Source: Rickettsiales bacterium
GTDB lineage: Bacteria; Pseudomonadota; Alphaproteobacteria; Rickettsiales; SXRF01
Direction: 5' to 3'
Assembly: GCA_021299465.1 (NCBI GenBank)
Contig: JAJTHB010000022.1
Span: 25,256-89,255 of the forward strand
DNA length: 64,000 nt
Shown: piece after piece, positions 33,733 through 44,334 of the stretch
Layout of the letters: each line of letters starts with the position of its first letter
Numbering within the stretch: position 1 is the stretch's first letter
Program-made: the position numbers and the translations under genes
The notes under the pieces: model-generated
Database searches by the model: none
Told to the model about the DNA's origin: nothing
What the model saw: only the letters and a program-made list of their open reading frames with translations

Positions 33733-34605
33733 TCACTTCATATCTCGTTTAACCGCCTCTCTATGAGCGATATAGACGGTGCTGGCAACAATAATTAACG
33801 AGCCGATGATGGTCTGGTCATCCATGACTTCGCCAAACACCATGTAAGCTAATGCAGCGGTAAAGATCAGCCGCGTAAAGTCAAATGGCATCAGCACCAC
33901 GACATCCGCTCTCATGTAGGCACGCGCCAGCATCAGATGTGCGCCGGTGGAAAACAGCGCAATCAAAAACGCCCAGCCCACATGCACCAGCGTGAAATCA
34001 CGCCAGTAAAGCGCCGCCGGTACAATCGACCAGACGGTCATGATCAATGACATATAAAAAACAATGGTTTCCGGTGGTTCGGTGCGCGTTAGGCTTTTGA
34101 CCACCGTGCCAGCAATGGCCATAAGACTCGACGAAACCAGCACAAAGGTGGCATTCGGGGTGATGCCGCCCATGTCTGGCCGCAGGATCACCAGCATCCC
34201 GATAAAACCAGCAAAAATTGCCCCCCAGCGGCGAAAACCGGCTTTTTCTCCCAGAAACAGGATCGCAATGATCGTTGAAAGAATAGGGGTGATGAAGGAA
34301 ATAGCGGTGGCCAGCGTGAGTTCCATGATGGTAATCGCATGAAACCAAAGCTCCATTGACACGAGGCCTATGGTGCCGCGCCAGATATGGCCAGACATGC
34401 GCTCGGTTGGAAAGCGTGGCCGCCCGCGTTGCATGACGGCAGCGATTGCGACAATAATAAGCAAACTCAGTATGTTGCGCATAAATACCATCTGGGTCGA
34501 GTGCAGATCCACCGCCAGATAGCGGATGACGGTATTCATTGCCGAAAAACACAGCATGCTGGCCAGCATGAAGCCAATGGCAGATAAGGTGCGGTTTACA
34601 TTCAT
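33733..34605 (-). CDS. DMT-superfamily (EamA-like) permease
   Basis: ATG 34605 (MNVNRTLSAIGFMLASMLCF) was chosen because the longer ORF would overlap the glnD start. It has about 10 TM helices in two EamA-like halves. Confidence 0.8.
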   Translation of the reverse strand: MNVNRTLSAIGFMLASMLCFSAMNTVIRYLAVDLHSTQMVFMRNILSLLIIVAIAAVMQRGRPRFPTERMSGHIWRGTIGLVSMELWFHAITIMELTLATAISFITPILSTIIAILFLGEKAGFRRWGAIFAGFIGMLVILRPDMGGITPNATFVLVSSSLMAIAGTVVKSLTRTEPPETIVFYMSLIMTVWSIVPAALYWRDFTLVHVGWAFLIALFSTGAHLMLARAYMRADVVVLMPFDFTRLIFTAALAYMVFGEVMDDQTIIGSLIIVASTVYIAHREAVKRDMK

Positions 34606-34657
34606 CGCCGCAAAATAGCTGCTGCATGCTCTCGCGCAAGCGGCTAAACTGTACCGG

Positions 34658-37300
34658 ATGAAGAAAAACGAACCAATAAGTCCAGAACGGCGCAAAGCCG
34701 CTATGCTGAAGCGCGCAAAAACCTGGCTTGCCACCGAGAAAAAAAATCTACACGAACAGTTTTTAATGCATGGCAATCCAGAAACCATGCTGCGTGCCCA
34801 TGCCGATCTGATCGATGCGCTGCTTGCTGAATTTTATACCGAACTTGCCGGTGATGACAAGCAGGGTATGGCACTCGTTGCTGTTGGTGGATATGGGCGG
34901 CATGAGCTTTACCCTTATTCTGATGTTGATCTTTTGCTGCTCTATGAAGGCAAACATCACAAAGAGGCTGCTCGCTTTTCAGAATTAATCGTGCAGCTAC
35001 TGTGGGATCTCAAACTCAAAGTAGGCCATGCACATCGCAGTGTTGATGAGGCCATTGAGGCTTCAAAAAGCGAGATGACTGTTCGCACCAGCCTCCTCGA
35101 TTCGCGCATTGTCGCCGGAGATGTGGAGCTCTATAAACACTACCGCACACGCTTTGAAAAAGAAGTGATTGCGGGCAGTGAAGCCGCCTTTATTGAAGCG
35201 AAACTTGAAGAGCGCACTCAGCGACACAAGCGCTTCGGTGCGTCGCGTTATATGCTTGAGCCAAACGTGAAAGAGGGCAAGGGGGGCTTGCGCGATTTGC
35301 ATACGCTGTGGTGGCTCGCGACCTATGTTTATCCGATACGGCGCCTTGATGAGCTGGTGGGGATGGGGCACCTGACTGAAAGCGAATATCGCGTCTATGA
35401 TGAGGCGCAAAAATTTCTCCAGCGTGTGCGCATTCACCTGCATTATCTCTCTGGCCGTGCCGAAGAGCGTCTCGGGTTTGATGTGCAGCTTGCGCTCGCA
35501 CAGGCGATGGGTTACGCCCACCCCAACGCCAACACCGCGATTACGCGTTTCATGCGCCGCTATTTCATTGCTGTGCGAACTGTGGGCTCGGTGACGCGAC
35601 AATTCTGCACACTGCTTGAAGAGGCGCATAAGCGCGCGCCAAAAAATGCCTTCACCGCGCTGTGGCAGAATCCATGGCGGCTTGGTGCGTTCAAGCTTGC
35701 GGGTCAGCGTTTGATGCCGAAGCAGGATTCACTTTTTGCTAAACAGCCAGCCATGATGCTGGAGCTGTTTCGCACCGCGCAGCAGCATGGGCTTGATATT
35801 CATCCGCGCGCGCTGCAGCTGGTCTCACGTAACCTGCATCATATGAATAAAACGGTGCAGGATGACCCCAAGGCGAATAGCATTTTTTTAGACATTCTGC
35901 TCTCGCCAAACGATGCTGAAATCACACTCAGACGCATGAGCGAAGCTGGCGTGCTTGGAAAATTTATTCCGGATTTTGGCCGCGTGATCGGCATGACACA
36001 GTTTAACCGTTACCACATTTACACGGTGGATGAGCACACGTTGGTGGCGCTTGGTGTTTTGCATGCGATTGAGCAGGGGGGGGTCATCGAAGAGGTGCCG
36101 CTTGCCAGCGATGTCATTCACCGCGTGCGTATGAAGCGCGTACTCTATGTGGCGCTGCTTTGTCACGACATTGCCAAGGGCAGGGGGGGCGATCATTCGC
36201 TGATGGGCGAGGTGATTGCGCGCCGTCTGTGCCAGCGCTTTGGTTTTGCCGAGGATGAAACCGAAACCACCGCCTGGCTGGTACGAAACCACCTGCTGCT
36301 TTCCAATACCGTATTTAAGCGTGATGTGACCGATCCTAAAACGGTGCAGGACTTTGTGCAGGAAGTGAAACATTCGGAGCGCCTGAAACTACTTCTGGTG
36401 CTGACCGTTGCCGATATGCGTGCGGTGGCGCCCGGGGTGTGGAATCACTGGAAGGGTGCGCTGATGCGCGATCTTTACTATCGCGCGGAAGAGGCGATGG
36501 GCGCGGCGCCGGCTGCGAGCCGTGCCAAGCAGGATGAGCAATTCGCACAAAAACTTACCCTGCGCCTGCCAGACTGGCCGGAAAAAACTATCGCGGAATA
36601 TGTGGCGCTTGGTAACGCTGCGGTGTGGACGGCCTGCGATGTGGATCGCCATGCGCTGATCGCGCGCATGCTGTTCGACGCCCAGTCCGAGACGATGCCG
36701 CTCGCCATTCATACCGAGCATCACTACGAGCACCGTGTGAGCGATGTCACGCTGGTGGCGAGTGATCAGCATGGGCTCTTTTCAAAAATTGCTGGTGCGA
36801 TGGCGCTCGCTGGCGCCAACATCACCGGCGCTAAAATTTTCACGCTCAAAAACTCCATGGCGGTTGAGCTGTTTCAGGTTCAGGACATGGCCGCCGATGT
36901 GTTTGACGCGCCGGATAAGCTCGCGAAAATGTCGGTCTATATTCGTCAGGTTCTTACCGGCGAACTGGATCTGACCGTTGCGTTCGGCAAACGCATGCGC
37001 GATTACCGCCTGCCGGAAAGTGGCGTGCAGCCGATTACAACGCAGGTCTTTATTGATAATGACGCCAGCGAGCAGCACACGGTGATTGAGCTTACTGGCC
37101 GAGACCGACCCGGGTTTTTGTATCAGGTGACGAGGGCGATTGCCGATCTTGGCCTATCCATCAGCACCGCACATATTTCAACCTACGGGCTGCAGGTTGC
37201 CGACGTGTTTTATGTCAAAGACCAGTTCGGCATGAAAATCACCCACGAGGCTAAACTGAAAATGATCAAAGAAACGCTGATGGATGCCGTGGCGGGCTGA
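34658..37300 (+). CDS. glnD: [protein-PII] uridylyltransferase / uridylyl-removing enzyme
   Basis: 880 aa. It has the nucleotidyltransferase motif GGYGRHELYPYSDVDLLLL, the HD motif LLCHDIAKG and two C-terminal ACT-like domains. Confidence 0.9.
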   Translation: MKKNEPISPERRKAAMLKRAKTWLATEKKNLHEQFLMHGNPETMLRAHADLIDALLAEFYTELAGDDKQGMALVAVGGYGRHELYPYSDVDLLLLYEGKHHKEAARFSELIVQLLWDLKLKVGHAHRSVDEAIEASKSEMTVRTSLLDSRIVAGDVELYKHYRTRFEKEVIAGSEAAFIEAKLEERTQRHKRFGASRYMLEPNVKEGKGGLRDLHTLWWLATYVYPIRRLDELVGMGHLTESEYRVYDEAQKFLQRVRIHLHYLSGRAEERLGFDVQLALAQAMGYAHPNANTAITRFMRRYFIAVRTVGSVTRQFCTLLEEAHKRAPKNAFTALWQNPWRLGAFKLAGQRLMPKQDSLFAKQPAMMLELFRTAQQHGLDIHPRALQLVSRNLHHMNKTVQDDPKANSIFLDILLSPNDAEITLRRMSEAGVLGKFIPDFGRVIGMTQFNRYHIYTVDEHTLVALGVLHAIEQGGVIEEVPLASDVIHRVRMKRVLYVALLCHDIAKGRGGDHSLMGEVIARRLCQRFGFAEDETETTAWLVRNHLLLSNTVFKRDVTDPKTVQDFVQEVKHSERLKLLLVLTVADMRAVAPGVWNHWKGALMRDLYYRAEEAMGAAPAASRAKQDEQFAQKLTLRLPDWPEKTIAEYVALGNAAVWTACDVDRHALIARMLFDAQSETMPLAIHTEHHYEHRVSDVTLVASDQHGLFSKIAGAMALAGANITGAKIFTLKNSMAVELFQVQDMAADVFDAPDKLAKMSVYIRQVLTGELDLTVAFGKRMRDYRLPESGVQPITTQVFIDNDASEQHTVIELTGRDRPGFLYQVTRAIADLGLSISTAHISTYGLQVADVFYVKDQFGMKITHEAKLKMIKETLMDAVAG

Positions 37301-37302
37301 AT

Positions 37303-37935
37303 CTAATCGGTGGCTTCCATCACTTGTTTCGCTAGCGGAATGGTAATGCGGCGATGCTGGCTGAGAGCGATTCTGTCAATGTGCTCAACCAGCCTTGATG
37401 CCGCGCGAAAGCCACGCTCCATGCGCGCCGTGATGTAGGTGATGACCTCGTCATCCACCATCAGTTGCCGATCTGAAAATTGTTTGCGCAGCAGCGCGCT
37501 AAGCAGGTCATCATCCGGTGCATGAATGGCGACTGCAGGCAGCGCCTTTAGTCTTGATGTGAGATCCGGCAGCGTGAAATGAAGCAGGCTTGCTGGTTTG
37601 CTGGCGGTGAGCAGCAGGCTCAGTTTTTTCTCGCGCGCGATGTTGAGGATATGAAACAGCAAGGTTTCATCATAGCGCTCAATGTCATCTATCAATCTAT
37701 GCGTATCAAGCTCCGGTTTGGAGATGGCCTCAATGCTGGCACCGCTGCGCGCCGTCCAGATATGGCCGAGATGCGTTTTTCCTGAGCCCTCTTCGCCATA
37801 AATGATCAGCCCGTAAGACGGCCAATCCGGCCAGCGAAGGATGTGATCCAGCGCTTCGCTGTTGCAAGCGGAGCGAATAAAATTCTGCTCGAGATAGATC
37901 GGTGTTGAGGGCAGGCTCAGTGGCAATTGCGACAT
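37303..37935 (-). CDS. hda: DnaA-related regulatory inactivator (Hda/HdaA-like AAA+)
   Basis: 210 aa with Walker A in YGEEGSGKTHLGHIW. Synteny with the AI-2E permease and purMN supports the call. Confidence 0.8.
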   Translation of the reverse strand: MSQLPLSLPSTPIYLEQNFIRSACNSEALDHILRWPDWPSYGLIIYGEEGSGKTHLGHIWTARSGASIEAISKPELDTHRLIDDIERYDETLLFHILNIAREKKLSLLLTASKPASLLHFTLPDLTSRLKALPAVAIHAPDDDLLSALLRKQFSDRQLMVDDEVITYITARMERGFRAASRLVEHIDRIALSQHRRITIPLAKQVMEATD

Positions 37936-37938
37936 GAC

Positions 37939-38988
37939 CTATCCGTGATAGTAGCGGCTTTCCAGATAGCGCTCGGTGCCAAAGCGAAGCAGCACGCCCA
38001 GAATCGCTGCCACCGGAATAGCAAGCAGCACGCCTACAAACCCAAACAATGCGCCGCCAGCGAGCATGGCGAAAATGATCCACACCGGATGCAAGCCCAC
38101 TTTCTCACCCACGAGTTTGGGCGTTAAAATATAGCTTTCCAGCACCTGCCCGATCATGAACACCACCAGCACCGCGATCATAGCGCCGAAATCGCCAAAT
38201 TGGAAAAAAGCCACCGCCATGCCGGTGATGAAGCCCAGTGCAAAACCAAGGTATGGTACGATAGCCAGCAGGCCAGTAATCAGGCCGATGACGATGCCGA
38301 ATTTTAAGCCCACCACCGACAAGCCAATGGCATAAAATGCTGCAAGAATGAAACATACGTTCAGCTGGCCGCGAATGAAACCGGCAAGCGTATTATCAAT
38401 AATTACCAGCTGCTCGCGGATTGTATGCTCGTGCTTGCGTGGCAGCAGGTTATCAACGTGTGACACAACCTTATCCCAATCACGCAGCAGGTAAAACGTG
38501 ACCAGCGGCGTAATGAGCATGAGCGACAGCAGATTGATGAAGGCCATGCCCGAGGCAAAAAGATTGCCCGCGACATCGGTGAGCCACTTCACCATCACAC
38601 CCGAAAAATTTGCCACCGCTTCCTTGGCGCGATCCATTTGGTCTGCCGGCAGCATGCCGATGAAGGCCTGAATCTCTGGCGCAATCTCCTGCTCAAACTG
38701 GGCTGCATATCCAGGCAGCGACGATAGCAGGCCAGAAAACTGTTCGCCGATCAGCGGTACGATCAGCAGGCATAGAAGGCCAACCGTAATGAAGAAACAG
38801 GCGGTGATGATGCTGGTGGCTGTGGTGCGCGATAGCTTCAGGCGCTCAAGCCGGTCAGCCGCTGGATCGAGAAAATAGGCAGTCAGGATTCCCAGCACAA
38901 ATGGCAGCAGGATCGATTTGATCGCAAATAAAAAGGCAAACAGCGCCAGCGTCATGATGATCCAGAATATTGCGCTACGATTAATCAC
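37939..38988 (-). CDS. AI-2E family (PerM/YhhT-like) transporter
   Basis: 349 aa, about 8 TM, with a typical Gly-rich C-terminal TM bundle. Confidence 0.85.
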   Translation of the reverse strand: MINRSAIFWIIMTLALFAFLFAIKSILLPFVLGILTAYFLDPAADRLERLKLSRTTATSIITACFFITVGLLCLLIVPLIGEQFSGLLSSLPGYAAQFEQEIAPEIQAFIGMLPADQMDRAKEAVANFSGVMVKWLTDVAGNLFASGMAFINLLSLMLITPLVTFYLLRDWDKVVSHVDNLLPRKHEHTIREQLVIIDNTLAGFIRGQLNVCFILAAFYAIGLSVVGLKFGIVIGLITGLLAIVPYLGFALGFITGMAVAFFQFGDFGAMIAVLVVFMIGQVLESYILTPKLVGEKVGLHPVWIIFAMLAGGALFGFVGVLLAIPVAAILGVLLRFGTERYLESRYYHG

Positions 38989-40066
38989 GTGAAATTACCC
39001 AAAATGCAGGATTGTTTTTATTAAGCCTCAGCTTTTGTGCTTCCAGCGCCGTGGCCAGCGATTCCAGCGAACCGCGGTAATGAAGCTGCATATCCACCTG
39101 CTGCGGCGACATAGCAATCAGTTCAATGCGCTCGATCATGGTCATCGATGATAGCCGTGCACGGATATCCGTCCATGCCCTTAAGGTTCCAACACTGGCC
39201 AGCACCATGATCTTGCCGCGCTCGCCGCCGGCAGTGCTGCGAATGGCTGTAACTTCCTCGGATTTTTGATTTTGCAGGTTATCGACAATGTCGCGCGCGG
39301 CACGTGCGAGCAGCGTATCGCGTGTTTCCTGAGGATCAGCGCGGAAGGTGAGCAGGTTGACCTCGTTGCGCGCCCGATTGATGCGGCGCTTAACGACCGT
39401 GAGCAGCATTTCCGGCGCACGCGAATAGCGAGCCTCCAGAATGAGGATATCGGTCACACCGTAGCGGATGGCCAGCGGTGATAAGGCCGAATAATTGGCC
39501 GCACTTATGGTTTTGGTATCGACAATCCCGCTGTCGGTGGCATCACCATAGGCCACTACGATATCGCCGCTGATAACCTCAAGACCAAGGCTTTTCCACG
39601 CCGAAGCCCACGGGTTGTCACTTTCCCACAATAGTTTATTGCCTTCTTCCTCATAAAACGGAATCACCAGAAATGCGCCGGTGGTAACCGAACCTGCATC
39701 TGCGGCATCGGCCGCGGCAAGTTTGCCCACCAGTGCGCTGATCTCATCAGCATCAAAGCTTACAATCAGCTTGGCGCGATAACGATCCGAGGTGATTTTT
39801 TCGTCGAGCACCTCCACACCCCGCACCAGCGCTGAGATTTTTTTGGCATCCAGCCTGGCGATGATATCCTGAGACTGCCCGGGGGCGGTGAGTTTATTCA
39901 GCAGGTCCGTCAGTGCATCAAGCTCGCCTTTAGTCATTGCCTGTGTGCGTGCATCCGCAGCGTCCTTACCAGTGACATCGACCGTGACCTCACTTGTCAC
40001 CAGCGCATCTCCAGCCAGCGCCGGAGAGGCGAGCAACAAGAAACATAGAAAAAGCAGACGTTTCAT
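38981..40066 (-). CDS. periplasmic protein, DUF2066-like (conserved purM-divergent neighbour)
   Basis: 361 aa with a signal peptide (LLLASPALA). The family call rests mainly on conserved position next to purM and the AI-2E permease. Confidence 0.6.
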   Translation of the reverse strand: MKRLLFLCFLLLASPALAGDALVTSEVTVDVTGKDAADARTQAMTKGELDALTDLLNKLTAPGQSQDIIARLDAKKISALVRGVEVLDEKITSDRYRAKLIVSFDADEISALVGKLAAADAADAGSVTTGAFLVIPFYEEEGNKLLWESDNPWASAWKSLGLEVISGDIVVAYGDATDSGIVDTKTISAANYSALSPLAIRYGVTDILILEARYSRAPEMLLTVVKRRINRARNEVNLLTFRADPQETRDTLLARAARDIVDNLQNQKSEEVTAIRSTAGGERGKIMVLASVGTLRAWTDIRARLSSMTMIERIELIAMSPQQVDMQLHYRGSLESLATALEAQKLRLNKNNPAFWVISRD

Positions 40067-40142
40067 GGATTAAGCGCTTGAATGTTGTATGAACTCTGGC
40101 ATATCTCTAGCCGTTATTGACACTTTTCGCAAGGACTGCCAA

Positions 40143-41183
40143 ATGACCAGCGCCACCTACCATAAAGCAGGCGTGGATATTGATGCTGGCGACGCGCTGG
40201 TTGAACGTATCAAGCCCTTTGCCAAAATGACACGCCGAAGCGGCTGCATGGATGAGCTGGGCGGGTTCGGCGCGCTGTTTGATCCCAAGGCCGCTGGCTT
40301 TAAAGATCCGCTGCTGGTTTCTTCCACTGATGGGGTTGGCACCAAGCTTAAAATTGCTCAGGAAGCTGGCAGGCATGACACGATCGGCATCGATCTGGTT
40401 GCGATGTGTGTGAATGATCTTGTTGTGCAGGGCGCCGAGCCGCTATTTTTCCTTGATTATTTCGCAACCGGAAAATTATCCGTTGATGTGGCTGAGGCCG
40501 TGGTGAAGGGGATTGCAACGGGCTGCAAAGAAGCTGGCTGCGCGCTGATTGGCGGTGAAACTGCTGAAATGCCCGGCATGTATGCGCCGGGCGAGTATGA
40601 CCTTGCCGGATTTACGGTGGGTGCTGTTGAGCGTGAGCAATTGCTACCCAAGAAAACGGTTGGTCAGGGTGATGTGCTGCTTGGGCTTGCTTCGAGCGGC
40701 GTACATTCTAACGGTTATTCGCTGGTGCGCTACATCATGAAAGAGGCGGGGCTTAATTACCATGACAAGGCTGCGTTTGATGCTTCAAAAAGTTATGCCG
40801 AAGCGCTCCTTGCCCCCACGCGAATTTATGTGAAGCCCTGTTTGCAGGCAATTCGTGATGCATCGTGCGGCATCAAGGCGCTTGCCCATATTACCGGCGG
40901 CGGCCTGCCCGATAATTTGCCGCGCGTGCTGCCAGACACTATTTCCGCAATGATTAATCGTGCCTCGTGGCAACGCCCGGCCATATTTGAATGGCTGCAA
41001 AAAACCGGCAATGTGCCGGAGGCCGATATGCTCCGCACCTTTAACTGCGGCATTGGTATGGTGCTGGTGGCGGAAAAAGGAGCTGCCGATAGAGCCAAGG
41101 CGGTTCTTGAGGCTGCGGGCGAGCAGGTGTTCGTGATCGGCGAGCTGGCCGCGCGCGGTGCACAAGAAGTTGTGATCGCATGA
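40143..41183 (+). CDS. purM: phosphoribosylformylglycinamidine cyclo-ligase
   Basis: ATG 40143 ([17 protein letters not shown]) is preferred over 40089. It has the GGFGALF motif. Confidence 0.9.
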   Translation: MTSATYHKAGVDIDAGDALVERIKPFAKMTRRSGCMDELGGFGALFDPKAAGFKDPLLVSSTDGVGTKLKIAQEAGRHDTIGIDLVAMCVNDLVVQGAEPLFFLDYFATGKLSVDVAEAVVKGIATGCKEAGCALIGGETAEMPGMYAPGEYDLAGFTVGAVEREQLLPKKTVGQGDVLLGLASSGVHSNGYSLVRYIMKEAGLNYHDKAAFDASKSYAEALLAPTRIYVKPCLQAIRDASCGIKALAHITGGGLPDNLPRVLPDTISAMINRASWQRPAIFEWLQKTGNVPEADMLRTFNCGIGMVLVAEKGAADRAKAVLEAAGEQVFVIGELAARGAQEVVIA

Positions 41184-41767
41184 GCAAAACGCTTCTTGCC
41201 GTACTCATTTCCGGCAATGGCAGCAACTTACAGGCACTGATTGATGCGTGCCGCGTGCCGGACTTTCCGGCAGAGATCGCGCTGGTGATTTCCAACAAAG
41301 CGGATGGTTACGGGCTGACGCGCGCTAAGCAGGCAGGTATTCCTGCCCTTGTCATTGATCACAAGGCGTATGCATCACGCGAAGATTTTGATCGGGCAAT
41401 GCATGAGGAATTGACCAGACATCAGGTGCAGATGGTGTGTCTTGCCGGTTTTATGCGCCTGCTTTCTTCCGAATTTGTGGAAAAGTGGCAGCGCCGCATG
41501 ATTAATATCCACCCTTCGCTACTACCGAAATTCAAAGGTGCGCATGCCATCCGTGATGCATTGGCGGCGGGTGAAAAAGTCACCGGCTGCAGCGTGCATT
41601 ATGTGGTGGCGGAGATGGATGCGGGTGAGATCATCCTGCAGGAAGAAGTTGAGATTCGCCCCGGCGATACACACGACACGCTGGCCGCGCGCATCCACGC
41701 GGCTGAACACCGGATTTATGTCGAAGCAGTAAGACGGCTTGCTAGCCTACCAGTTCAATATCGCTGA
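41180..41767 (+). CDS. purN: phosphoribosylglycinamide formyltransferase
   Basis: 195 aa. Motifs are [13 protein letters not shown] and [12 protein letters not shown] overlap with purM. Confidence 0.9.
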   Translation: MSKTLLAVLISGNGSNLQALIDACRVPDFPAEIALVISNKADGYGLTRAKQAGIPALVIDHKAYASREDFDRAMHEELTRHQVQMVCLAGFMRLLSSEFVEKWQRRMINIHPSLLPKFKGAHAIRDALAAGEKVTGCSVHYVVAEMDAGEIILQEEVEIRPGDTHDTLAARIHAAEHRIYVEAVRRLASLPVQYR

Positions 41768-42164
41768 AGAAAAAGCGGATTTCCTGCGCGGCATTTTCTG
41801 CGGAATCCGAACCATGCACCGAGTTGCGCTCGATGTTTTCAGCAAATTCGCGGCGGATGGTGCCGGGAGCAGCTTTGGACGGATCGGTAGCGCCCATTAG
41901 CTCGCGGTTTTTAGCAACCGCATTTTCTCCCTCAAGCACCTGCACCACGACCGGCGCAGACACCATATATTCCACCAGCTCTTCATAAAACGGGCGCTCT
42001 TTGTGAACCGCGTAAAATTCACGCGCTTGCAAACGCGACAGGCGGATGCGCTTCGACGCTACGATACGCAGGCCGTTTTCTTCAAATTTGGTGGTGATTT
42101 TACCGGTGAGATTGCGCGCGGTGGCGTCCGGTTTGATGATCGAGAAGGTGCGTTCTTTAGCCAT
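41742..42164 (-). CDS. ndk: nucleoside diphosphate kinase
   Basis: 140 aa with [10 protein letters not shown] and active-site NSVHGSDS. It overlaps the purN end convergently by 26 nt. Confidence 0.95.
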   Translation of the reverse strand: MAKERTFSIIKPDATARNLTGKITTKFEENGLRIVASKRIRLSRLQAREFYAVHKERPFYEELVEYMVSAPVVVQVLEGENAVAKNRELMGATDPSKAAPGTIRREFAENIERNSVHGSDSAENAAQEIRFFFSDIELVG

Positions 42165-42331
42165 GGCTTGATTCCTTGTGTGGTTTTAAAAGTTGCCCGC
42201 TTATAAAATGCAGCCCGCGCAAAAGCAACCATTTTATGCCCGCTTCCGATGCCTCGGCTTGGGGCTGTACAAATGCATAAAAAAAGCTATGTTGGGGACA
42301 AGAGCAAAAAAATATACAACGGGTAGTAGGT

Positions 42332-42781
42332 ATGCGCGCAAAGCTCGCACTCATGTCGCTGGTGTGGCTCGCTGGTTGCGAAGGCCAGCTTTCAAGCCTG
42401 AAACAGGCCGACCTCACGCGCGACGATTTTGCCACGGCGCTTGCCCGTGAATATCGTGATTATGCTGACTCTGAAGCCGAGCAGGGACGAACCGGCGAGG
42501 CCGAGCGCTTTGCCGCCAAGGGGCTTGCTGTACTTTCCGGCCAGAGCGCTGCGCCCGATGAGCCTGAAAGTGCCAGCAAAAAACTTTCGCAGGCGCGCGG
42601 CGAACTGATAGCGCTGCTCACTGAGGAGAATAAAGATTATGATCCTGCGGCCCTTGCGCGAGCGCAGGTGCTTTTTGATTGCTGGATCAGCGAAGACAAT
42701 CGTGGTCATCAAAACGAGAGCGATGCATGTGCGGCTGAGTTTCGTGCAGTGGTTGATCGCTTGAAAGAGGATTTGCAATGA
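42332..42781 (+). CDS. lipoprotein, paralogous to the N-domain of the next gene
   Basis: 149 aa with lipobox LAGC. It shares ...YRDYAD... and LLTEENK...LFDCWISE with the N-terminal half of 42778..43626. Confidence 0.6.
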   Translation: MRAKLALMSLVWLAGCEGQLSSLKQADLTRDDFATALAREYRDYADSEAEQGRTGEAERFAAKGLAVLSGQSAAPDEPESASKKLSQARGELIALLTEENKDYDPAALARAQVLFDCWISEDNRGHQNESDACAAEFRAVVDRLKEDLQ

Positions 42782-43626
42782 AACGCAGTCTGATGGCTTT
42801 ACTTGCAATGACAACGCTCTCTGCCTGTAGCGGCTACAGCCTGCAGGAGCTTCGTCATACTACGCCGTCTGGCTCTGAATTTAATCAAACACTGACCTGG
42901 CGCTACCTCGATTATGCCGAAGAACTGGCGCGCCGCTATGACTGGGATGGTTCAGCACGCTTTGCCGATAAAGGGCTGCTCGTTGCTTATGATAACGAGG
43001 TCGGCCCTGAAGAAATTGCAGCATACGTAGAAAACCCCGATGCCGCGATTGAACTCAGTAAAGCAAGAAGCGATTTGCTGGCGCTGCTCACCGATAAAAA
43101 TATGGCACAGCGACCAGCGGTTGCTGCGGATGCCCTGTTTTTCTTCGATTGCTGGCTGGCCGAACAGGCCAAGCAACGCCGCGCTGATGAAGCAGCTATG
43201 TGTAAAGAACGTTTCAGCGATCGCACCGCCGAACTCGCCGATACCAGCTATGAGAAAATCCTGAAAGAACAAGGCGAGCTGCCAGCGGTTGATACCAGTT
43301 CCTATATTGTATTTTTTCTCTGGGGCCAGACAGAGATCAGCGATGAAGGCGCAAAAGTGATCGATGATGTGGCGGCGCTGCTTGCGCCGAGTGAGAAATA
43401 CGACGTGGTGCTCAACGGCCACAGCGATTTATCGGGCGATGCGAAATATAATCTGCAGCTTTCCAAACGTCGCGCTGAGGTTGTGAAAGAACGCCTAGTC
43501 AAGGCAGGGGTTAAGGAATCCGCCATTACTATTTTTGCGTTTGGCGAGTCCGATCCACTTATCAAAACCGCCGATGGTGTGAAGGAAATTAAGAACCGCC
43601 GCGTGGAAATTTTCCTCGGCGAGTAA
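42778..43626 (+). CDS. OmpA-family lipoprotein
   Basis: 282 aa with lipobox LSAC. The C-terminal OmpA-like domain has NGHSDLSGDAKYNLQLSKRRAEVV and NRRVEI. Confidence 0.8.
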   Translation: MKRSLMALLAMTTLSACSGYSLQELRHTTPSGSEFNQTLTWRYLDYAEELARRYDWDGSARFADKGLLVAYDNEVGPEEIAAYVENPDAAIELSKARSDLLALLTDKNMAQRPAVAADALFFFDCWLAEQAKQRRADEAAMCKERFSDRTAELADTSYEKILKEQGELPAVDTSSYIVFFLWGQTEISDEGAKVIDDVAALLAPSEKYDVVLNGHSDLSGDAKYNLQLSKRRAEVVKERLVKAGVKESAITIFAFGESDPLIKTADGVKEIKNRRVEIFLGE

Positions 43627-43814
43627 GCTATTTGCTGCGTCCTTAACGAAATTGTCACAAATTTTTCTCCCAGCCGTCATCAAACTGTCACATTTCTTTG
43701 CTAGGCTAATTCCTGCAAGGTAACCAAACCTTGTAAGTTTCTGACCAACGAGTCAGGGCTTTACCATAAGCGACTGGCTGACGCTATTCAGCCCAATAAA
43801 AAAAAGAGGTTATT

Positions 43815-44243
43815 ATGAGGACCCTAGTATCTACACCAACTAAAGCAGCGCTCGTCTCCCTACTGGCGCTGCTTTCTTTTTCTGCAACCACAGCAAACGC
43901 TCAGATAGCACATTTAAGTGCCGCCAAAGCACTTGCTGTACTTGAAGAAGAGCCAAGTGTCGAGCCGCTGGTTTATGCGGATGTGACGTGCTTCCTTTTT
44001 ACGCCGTCGATCACGAACCCGTATGTTCGCATACGTCAGTTTATCAATTATAATCAAATTGGCTTTTTTGACTTCGGGTTTAACCCATCTGATGGTGAGC
44101 CTTATGCCAAATGGCTTGCCTTGCAACGCATTACATGCCGTGCAGCCGCAGAGGATCTCTGCTCACGTCAAGGAGTGCAAACCGTAAGTATTGCAAGCAA
44201 TATCCTGACACCTGCGAATCAGGTTCATCAGTGCAGCAACTAA
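43815..44243 (+). CDS. small secreted 4-Cys protein, paralog 1
   Basis: 142 aa with a strong SD (AAGAGG) and a signal peptide ending ANA. It ends NQVHQCSN. Confidence 0.6.
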   Translation: MRTLVSTPTKAALVSLLALLSFSATTANAQIAHLSAAKALAVLEEEPSVEPLVYADVTCFLFTPSITNPYVRIRQFINYNQIGFFDFGFNPSDGEPYAKWLALQRITCRAAAEDLCSRQGVQTVSIASNILTPANQVHQCSN

Positions 44244-44269
44244 CACGTTAACCTTTGGTTTGGTTGAAG

Positions 44270-44308
44270 CATCCCCACTATCTTAAGTCCCGGGGTGGGG
44301 ATGTTTTT
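44270..44308 (+). terminator. rho-independent terminator
   Basis: CATCCCCA...TGGGGATG stem followed by TTTTT. Confidence 0.75.
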
Positions 44309-44334
44309 GTTATGGGACCAATTCAGGAGACTTT

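Noticed and set aside
43651-43697. TGTCACA boxes (ATTGTCACAAAT and ACTGTCACATTT here, and CAATTGTCACAAAA on the minus strand near 5306-5319) as a shared regulator site of orphan genes.
   Set aside because: The 7-nt core is too short to distinguish from chance in 64 kb without genome-wide statistics.
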